Source: Acidithiobacillales bacterium
GTDB taxonomy: Bacteria > Acidobacteriota > Thermoanaerobaculia > UBA5066
Length of the DNA stretch: 37,786 bases
Reading direction: 5' to 3'
Assembly (NCBI GenBank): GCA_050258155.1
Contig: JBLMYG010000124.1
Coordinates: 1 to 37,786 of the forward strand
Part shown: positions 26,677 through 35,166 of the stretch, piece by piece
Position numbering within the stretch: the stretch's first letter is position 1
Layout: each line of letters starts with the position of its first letter
The notes under the pieces: generated by a model
Databases searched by the model: none
What the model was told of the DNA's origin: nothing
What the model saw: the letters and a program-made list of their open reading frames with translations, nothing else
Made by a program: the position numbers and the translations under genes

Positions 26677-27589
26677 GAGACGAGGACTTCCCGAGTCATC
26701 ACGGATGCGTCACGACGCCCATTTCGTGGAGCAGCTCGCCAGGGCCGACGAGCTTCCGGTCGGCCGCCGGATCGCGATCCATCTCATCGAGGCGAATCCC
26801 GACCAGCCGAGAAGCTCCCTCGGGGATCTCGAGGAGCTGACGAAGTCCATCGCGGCCCGCGGCGTCCTCGAGCCGATCCTCGTTCGTCCTCGTGACGACG
26901 GCCGCTACACGATCATCTCCGGAGAACGGCGCTTCCGGGCCGCGCTCGAGGCCGGCCTCGCCGAGATCCCGTGCATCGAGATGGAGGTGACCGACAGCGA
27001 GCTCCTGGAGGTCGCTCTCGTGGAGAACCTTCAGCGAAAGGACCTGACGCCCTTCGAGGAGGCGGACGGCTATCGTGCGCTCCGCGAACGGTTCGACTAC
27101 ACGCATGAGCAGATCGCCGAAGCGGTTGGCAAGTCGAGGGTCACCGTCACCGAGGCGCTCGCCATCGGACGGCTCCCGGAAGCCGTCAAGGAGGAATGTC
27201 GGCGCGCCGACATTTCCTCGAAGTCCTTCCTTCTGGAGCTCGGGCGCCTTCGCTCGGAGGAGATGATGCTCGCGGCGGTCCGGGACTGGTCCGAAGGAGG
27301 CCAGATCACCCGCGACACGCTGCGCGACGCCAAGCGCGAGGACGCCCATCCGCAGAAGAAGGGGCGCGGCGCCCCTCTCCGGAAGACTTACGCACTCGAC
27401 TTTGCCCCCGAGGACGGCCGCTACCGAATCAGCCTCGTCTTTCTCGGGAAGGGGCAGCGGAAGGAAGACATTCTGACCGCCATCCGCGAGATCGCGAAGA
27501 GGATCGAACACGGCGAGATCGACCTCGAGGCCTCCGGCCGATTCCTGAAGCCAAAGACCCCAAAGACTCCGAAGAAAAGCCCTTCTTAG
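26663..27589 (+). CDS. parB: Chromosome partitioning protein ParB/Spo0J family
   Basis: NPDQPR, GVLEPILVR, the IISGERRFRAA arginine patch, LVENLQRKDLTPFEEA and the HTH HEQIAEAVGKSRVTVTEALAIGRLP. The start is TTG 26663 or GTG 26669, overlapping the parA end. Confidence 0.85.
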   Translation: MPVSRRRGLPESSRMRHDAHFVEQLARADELPVGRRIAIHLIEANPDQPRSSLGDLEELTKSIAARGVLEPILVRPRDDGRYTIISGERRFRAALEAGLAEIPCIEMEVTDSELLEVALVENLQRKDLTPFEEADGYRALRERFDYTHEQIAEAVGKSRVTVTEALAIGRLPEAVKEECRRADISSKSFLLELGRLRSEEMMLAAVRDWSEGGQITRDTLRDAKREDAHPQKKGRGAPLRKTYALDFAPEDGRYRISLVFLGKGQRKEDILTAIREIAKRIEHGEIDLEASGRFLKPKTPKTPKKSPS

Positions 27590-27618
27590 AGGAAAGATGA
27601 GGAAGCTGGCCCTGTGAC

Positions 27619-27641
27619 CGGCGGCTGCTATGCAGCCGCCG
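27619..27641 (+). terminator. Perfect 10-bp GC-rich hairpin about 30 nt after the parB stop, possibly a terminator, with no U-tract
   Basis: cGGCGGCTGC-tat-GCAGCCGCCg read directly. It is followed by caagaagcc rather than a T-run. Confidence 0.35.
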
Positions 27642-27656
27642 CAAGAAGCCAATCTG

Positions 27657-27737
27657 CTCTCGGCCGGCCGCTGTCAAGGGTCGGTGACCGCTTCGCCGCG
27701 CGCTCCGCGCGCCCTTGACCGCGCGGCCAGCCGAGGG
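27657..27737 (+). other. About 80-nt imperfect rod-like inverted repeat with a nested CGCGCG hairpin, function unknown
   Basis: The outer arms ctctcggccggccgctGTCAAGGG ... CCCTTGACcgcgcggccagccgagg pair with a few bulges. An inner hairpin cGCGCG-ctc-CGCGCg lies at 27697-27711. Confidence 0.5.
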
Positions 27738-27804
27738 CTACGACCTGTTTCCTTCGGTTTCTCGTCTTGGAATAAGTTCCTGAAGGCCCGGCGTAGACGG
27801 GCCG

Positions 27805-27819
27805 CCGAATGTCATTCGG
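27805..27819 (+). promoter_or_regulatory. Perfect 15-bp palindrome CCGAATG-T-CATTCGG upstream of lptFG, a possible operator
   Basis: Read directly. A related half-site GACATTCAG lies at 27858-27866. The AT-rich stretch ttaacataataaatcttat (27837-27855) between them looks promoter-like. Confidence 0.3.
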
Positions 27820-27910
27820 GAGGGCGTCCGCAGAATTTAACATAATAAATCTTATCGGACATTCAGTCTGCGACCCGGCGGCCCAGTGGAGGCTAAGATC
27901 GGGCGTGGCC

Positions 27911-30244
27911 ATGTTGACCCGGCTGGACCGCTATCTCGTCCGTGAGATCGCCGCGCCGACGCTGGTCGGCTTCCTCGGGTACACCGGCTTCATGCTCGTG
28001 CGCGGCCTGGTCCTCTTCTCGGATCTGATCGTGCAGAGCCCCGACCCGCTCGCGGACATGGGGCGGATCCTCGCCTTCTCGATCCCGAACATCGTCGTCC
28101 TGACCCTCCCGGTTTCGTTTCTCCTCGGTCTCCTGATCGCTTTCGGCCGGCTCAGCGCCGACTCGGAGGTCGTGGCGCTGCGGGCATCAGGAGTCGACCT
28201 GATGCGGCTTTACCGCCCGGTGACGGTCCTGGCGGTGGGTATCACCCTGCTGACCGGCGTGCTCATGCTCGAGGCCGTGCCTCTGGGCAATCGGAGGCTC
28301 TCCGAAATGAGGCTTCGCCTCATGACGTTCGCCGTGGCCCAGCGGATCTCGCCCGGAGTCTTCAGCCCGGAGTTCGCCGGGAAGAGCATCTACGTCGAGG
28401 GTGCGGCGCCCGACCGGCGGACTCTGACGGGTCTCTTCGTCGTCGACCGTTCGCCCGACGCGGACGGCGAGCGCTTGACGCTGGCCCCCCAGGGCCAACT
28501 GCAGATCGACGAGGTAGAGGGGCGCCTCTGGCTCCGTCTCGACGATGCCACGAGCCACCACGTCGGAGCCGACCCGCGAAAATACGACGTCTCGTTCGGA
28601 ACGGTCCGGTATCTTCTCCAGGACACCGGCGGCCGCCGGTCGAGCGTGACGGGCCGCCCCCGGGAAAAGCTCCTGAGGGAGCAGCGGCTCGGCGAGCTTC
28701 TCAGGACGGCACGGGTCACCGCGCGGAGCGCGGTCGAGAGGCGCCTCGCCTGGGTCGAGATCCACAAGAAGTTCGCGCTCCCGGCGGCCGCTCTCGTCTT
28801 CGGCCTCCTCGGGCTCCCTCTGGGCCTCGCGACCCGACGTGGGGGGCGCGCCGCGGGTTTTGCCGTGTCGGTTCTGATCGTCCTCGGCTACTACGTGCTT
28901 CTCGCCCTCGGCGAGGCCCGCGCCATCGACGGGCGCCTCCCGCCGGCGCTCGCCATGTGGCTGCCGGATCTGCTCCTGGCGCTCCTCGGGCTGACGGCCC
29001 TCCGCCGTGTGCGGCGCGACCGGCCGCTGTTCGGCCAGCTCCGCCGACCCTCCTTCCTTGGCAAGGGCCGCCGCGAGGTGCGCACGGGCCCGGCGGCGAG
29101 AGCTCTTCCGGCGGAGGGCGACAGCTTCCCGCTGCGGCCGGCCCGCCCTGCTCGCCGGTTCGGCCGCCTCCTCGACCGCTACGTGGCCGGCCGGTTCCTT
29201 CGCGTCTTCGGCCTCGTCCTCTCCTCGTTCGTCGCGGTCTACGTCCTGATCGATTACCTCGAGTTCGCCGACGACCTGGCGAAGGTGAAGCCGCCGGGGC
29301 ACCTCCTCGTCGCCTACTACGAGGCTCTCCTGCCTCCGATCCTCGTCGACGTCCTCCCCTTCGCGTTCCTCGTGGCCGCGCTGATCACCGTGGCCGCGCT
29401 CGTCCGTTCCTCGGAGGCGACGGCTTTTCTCTCCAGCGGCGTGTCGCTCTACCGGCTGACGGCTCCCCTCCTTCTTCTGGCGGCCGTGGCGGGCGTGGTC
29501 CTGTTCCTGCTCGCCGAACGGGTCGTGCCGGGGGCGAGCGCGGAATCGGCCCTGCTCAAGGCGCGCCTGAAAGGGGTCGCGCCTCCGCCGGCGTCCCTCG
29601 CCACCGGTTGGGTCCGCGGGCAGGGCGGCCGGTTCTTCGCGGCGGACGCCTACGACCCGCGAACGCGGGCCGTCGCCGGGCTCCAGATGCTCGAGGTCGA
29701 CCCGGCGACGTTCCGGGTCCGGCTCCGGGCGGCCGCTGCGCGGGCGCAGGTGCTGCCGGGACAGGGGATCCTGGCGGAAGGCGGCTGGATCCGGAGCTTC
29801 AGCGGGGGCTCCGATTCCCTCTTTCTCGCTCCCCCGGGCCGCTTTCTTCTTGCGGCGCCCGAGGCGTCGGAGAGCCTCGCCGCCATCAAGGCGAATCCTC
29901 GCCAGATGACGCTGGCACAGCTGGCCCGTTTCATCGCGGCGCGCCGTAGGGCCGGCGGGGACGTGTCGGAACTGGCCACCAGCCTTCAGGAGAAGCCTGC
30001 CAGCGCGGTGTCGGTTCTCCTACTGACGCTGGTCGGCCTTCCGCTCGCGTTCCGGTTCGGACGCCGGGGGGCCGTGGCGGGCGTCGGCGCGGCGATCATT
30101 CTCGGGCTCGCCTACTTCTTCGCGAGCGGCCTCTTCCTGAAGCTCGGGGAAGGGGGCGCCCTTCCTCCCGTCGCCGCGGCCTGGTCGGCGGACGTCCTCT
30201 TCGCGCTCGGAGCGGCCTGGGGCATCGCCGGCGTCCAGACCTGA
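27911..30244 (+). CDS. Fused LPS export permease LptF-LptG (two YjgP/YjgQ permease modules in one ORF)
   Basis: The ATG at 27911 gives MLTRLDRYLVREIAAPTLVGFLGY (the N-terminal signature of the permease family). A second copy of the signature, FGRLLDRYVAGRFLRVFGLVLSSF, begins near 29155. There is no stop codon and no plausible internal start between them. 777 aa, about twice the size of a single LptF or LptG. Confidence 0.8.
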   Translation: MLTRLDRYLVREIAAPTLVGFLGYTGFMLVRGLVLFSDLIVQSPDPLADMGRILAFSIPNIVVLTLPVSFLLGLLIAFGRLSADSEVVALRASGVDLMRLYRPVTVLAVGITLLTGVLMLEAVPLGNRRLSEMRLRLMTFAVAQRISPGVFSPEFAGKSIYVEGAAPDRRTLTGLFVVDRSPDADGERLTLAPQGQLQIDEVEGRLWLRLDDATSHHVGADPRKYDVSFGTVRYLLQDTGGRRSSVTGRPREKLLREQRLGELLRTARVTARSAVERRLAWVEIHKKFALPAAALVFGLLGLPLGLATRRGGRAAGFAVSVLIVLGYYVLLALGEARAIDGRLPPALAMWLPDLLLALLGLTALRRVRRDRPLFGQLRRPSFLGKGRREVRTGPAARALPAEGDSFPLRPARPARRFGRLLDRYVAGRFLRVFGLVLSSFVAVYVLIDYLEFADDLAKVKPPGHLLVAYYEALLPPILVDVLPFAFLVAALITVAALVRSSEATAFLSSGVSLYRLTAPLLLLAAVAGVVLFLLAERVVPGASAESALLKARLKGVAPPPASLATGWVRGQGGRFFAADAYDPRTRAVAGLQMLEVDPATFRVRLRAAAARAQVLPGQGILAEGGWIRSFSGGSDSLFLAPPGRFLLAAPEASESLAAIKANPRQMTLAQLARFIAARRRAGGDVSELATSLQEKPASAVSVLLLTLVGLPLAFRFGRRGAVAGVGAAIILGLAYFFASGLFLKLGEGGALPPVAAAWSADVLFALGAAWGIAGVQT

Positions 30245-30254
30245 GCGGAGCCCG

Positions 30255-32861
<2,607 letters not shown>

Positions 32862-33398
32862 TCACCCTTCGACGTAGAAGAGGAGGCGGGTCCGGCCGTA
32901 CCGGCGGAGGTCGTCCGGCGCGCGCCCCACGTCGGGGATCAGGTCGTCGCCCCGCTCGTGGACGAGCGTCCCGCCTCCCGCGAGGAGGCCGAGGAGCAGA
33001 GGCAGGTCCTCGAAGGAAGATTCTTCGAAAGGGGGATCGTAGAAGACGAGATCGAAGCGCCCGGGAGAAGAGCCGGCTCCGGCCAGGGACGCGTAGCCCG
33101 CCACCGTCCGATGCACCACGGTCGTCTGCTCGCGGACGCCGAGCGCCTCGATGTTCCTTCGAAGGATCTGCCCTTGGCGGGGCTCCCTCTCCACGAACGT
33201 CGCATGGACGGCCCCCCGCGAGAGCGCCTCCAGCCCGAAGGCCCCCGATCCCGCACAGGCGTCGAGCACCGAGGCGCCGGCGATCCGGCTTCCGAGGATG
33301 TCGAAGGCGGCCTTCCGGGCCAGCTCCGTCGTGGGCCTCACGCCGCGGGGAACCTCGAGCCTTCGCCCGCGGCAGCGTCCGCCCGTGATCCGCAGCAC
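32862..33398 (-). CDS. rsmD: 16S rRNA (guanine966-N2)-methyltransferase
   Basis: VLRITGGRCRGRRLEVP..VRPT, DACAGSGAFGLEALSRGA and the FYDPPF motif. GTG at 33398 is preferred because AGGAG lies 7 nt upstream and homologs begin at the RIIGG motif. The longer ORF start at 33446 would overlap the upstream gene by 38 nt. Confidence 0.85.
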   Translation of the reverse strand: MLRITGGRCRGRRLEVPRGVRPTTELARKAAFDILGSRIAGASVLDACAGSGAFGLEALSRGAVHATFVEREPRQGQILRRNIEALGVREQTTVVHRTVAGYASLAGAGSSPGRFDLVFYDPPFEESSFEDLPLLLGLLAGGGTLVHERGDDLIPDVGRAPDDLRRYGRTRLLFYVEG

Positions 33399-33408
33399 CA
33401 GGCGCTCC

Positions 33409-34224
33409 TCACCGCTCGGGAGTCGGAATCGGGGGGGGACCCGCATCGGCCGGGTTCTCGAAGAGCTTCGGGAGCTGCTCGCGGAGCAGGAGCATCCGGT
33501 TCCTCAGGCCTCCGGCCTCCTCCACCTCGAGACTCGGCTCGAAGGAATCGTCGCGGACCACCACGTACCACGAGCCGTCGGAGCGGTGTCGGAGATAGTC
33601 TCCCTCGCGGACCCCCTTCGGATCCCAGTTGGTCTCCTTCGTGTCGGTCTGGTAGAAGCGGGAGCGAAGGTCCTCGAGCGCCGCCTTCGCCCGACCGACC
33701 GCGAGGGGCAGCTGGGTCAGGTCGTCGGTCTCGAAGATGCGGCTCCCCCCCTCCGGGCGGGCGACCTCCACCCGGATGACTTTCGCGACGTCGGAGAAGG
33801 CGCGCTCCCGAACGGCCCATGTCGCCGGGACGAGGAGCGCCTCGGCGCAGACCTTCCGGTACAGGTCCACCTCGGAGCCGCTCAGCTCTTTCCGGCGAAG
33901 AACAGGGCGCCTTTTGTACGTCCGGACGAGGACGAGAGTCCCGTCGTCGAAGAAGGCGACACGCTCGGTGTCCGGACCTTCCCGGGACTCGAGCGCAGCG
34001 ACGAGCTTCGGCCGGACGAGAGGCGTCGGGGTCGGGGTCGCCGTCGGCTCCCCGGTGACGCGACGAAAGCCGGGCGGCGGCGTCTCCCGAACGACCGGCT
34101 CCGGGGGAGGCGTCGCTTCGGGCACCGGCGTCGGACCGGAGCGCTCCTCGGCCTGCGCCGCTCGTGGTGCCAGCGCCCAGGCGAGCCAGACGACGAGCAG
34201 GGCGGTCGCCCGGCTCAAGATCAT
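33409..34224 (-). CDS. Hypothetical secreted protein
   Basis: The ATG at 34224 overlaps the upstream gene's TGA. It has the signal peptide MILSRATALLVVWLAWALAPRAAQA, a Pro/Thr-rich linker and a globular C-terminal region with no family I recognise. Confidence 0.55.
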   Translation of the reverse strand: MILSRATALLVVWLAWALAPRAAQAEERSGPTPVPEATPPPEPVVRETPPPGFRRVTGEPTATPTPTPLVRPKLVAALESREGPDTERVAFFDDGTLVLVRTYKRRPVLRRKELSGSEVDLYRKVCAEALLVPATWAVRERAFSDVAKVIRVEVARPEGGSRIFETDDLTQLPLAVGRAKAALEDLRSRFYQTDTKETNWDPKGVREGDYLRHRSDGSWYVVVRDDSFEPSLEVEEAGGLRNRMLLLREQLPKLFENPADAGPPPIPTPER

Positions 34225-35141
34225 CTGAGGGGGATCCGCACGGCTCGGCGGAGGGTGCGAGGGAACTTCAGGCGATCCGCCACGGACATTTTCCCAGAAG
34301 GTGAAAGACCGGCCAGGAGCGAGAACCACCGGTTCGCCAGGATGTGGCCTGTCGGTTCTTCGTTCGTCGTTCTCTCTCTTCCTTTCAGAGAAATCTCTCT
34401 TTGCAGGCCGTCCCCCCAGCCGGGACAGATGTCGTCGAGAAGGCCGAGGTCCAGCAGCAGCGCCGTCGCCCTTCCGAGATCATTCTCCCCCAGAACCTCT
34501 TCGAGCCCGCGCCGGAGGCGGTCGCCGCTGAGCGCCTCAAACGCCCGCTCGGCTCGTGCCAGCGCCAGAGCCGGGCGGAATCCCCTGTCCACCCGGAACC
34601 CGAGCCGGGCCGCATACCGAACGGCCCGGAGAGCTCTCGTCGGGTCGTCCGCCAGGGAGCGCGCGTGAAGGAGACGCACGACGCGCCGCACGACGTCCTC
34701 CTTCCCGCCGAACGGGTCGAGAAGAGGCCCGGCGGCTCCGCTGGCTGCAAGGCGCCGGGCCATGGCGTGGATCGTGAAGTCGCGGCGCCCGAGGTCCTCG
34801 CCAATCGAAGCCCCGGCCGCCACGACGGGAAGCGCAGCCGGCCGCGGATAGCTCTCCGTCCGCGTCGCGGCCAGGTCCACGCGGAGGCCTCCCGGCGTCT
34901 CGAGCGAGGCCGTTCCGAAACAACGGTGGGCACTTCGGAGCCGCCATCCCGGAAGGGCCCCCAGCTGTTCCGCAAGAAGCAGGGCGCCGTCGACCGACGT
35001 CTCGGCCGCGAGGTCGACGTCCTCCGGCGAGCGGCCGAGGAGAAGATCCCGTACGGCCCCGCCGACGAGGTAGAGGTGAACCCGGGCTGCCTCCGCGGCG
35101 CGGCCGGCGGCCGCCAGAACCGGAGCGGGCCCGCTCTCCAA
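34221..35141 (-). CDS. tRNA nucleotidyltransferase / poly(A) polymerase family protein (short, 306 aa)
   Basis: Head-domain motif LYLVGGAVRDLLLGRSPEDVDL, RRDFTIHAMA and DPTRALRAVRYAARLGF. The only start before the motif is TTG at 35141. Confidence 0.75.
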   Translation of the reverse strand: MESGPAPVLAAAGRAAEAARVHLYLVGGAVRDLLLGRSPEDVDLAAETSVDGALLLAEQLGALPGWRLRSAHRCFGTASLETPGGLRVDLAATRTESYPRPAALPVVAAGASIGEDLGRRDFTIHAMARRLAASGAAGPLLDPFGGKEDVVRRVVRLLHARSLADDPTRALRAVRYAARLGFRVDRGFRPALALARAERAFEALSGDRLRRGLEEVLGENDLGRATALLLDLGLLDDICPGWGDGLQREISLKGRERTTNEEPTGHILANRWFSLLAGLSPSGKMSVADRLKFPRTLRRAVRIPLR

Positions 35142-35166
35142 GGAATGCCCCCGTCCTCGCCGGATC

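Noticed and set aside
27630-27845. A 71-aa ORF (+) and a 94-aa ORF (27628..27912, -) inside the parB-lptFG spacer.
   Set aside because: The translations are Arg/Ala/Pro-rich with no motifs, run through obvious hairpin and palindrome DNA, and lack ribosome-binding sites. The region is better explained as non-coding structure.
27846-27866. Possible DnaA box or origin signal (cttatcggaca) and AT-rich patch next to parAB.
   Set aside because: TTATCGGAC does not match the TTATNCACA consensus. There is only one such site, the AT-rich patch is about 30 nt long, and no dnaA or dnaN gene is nearby.
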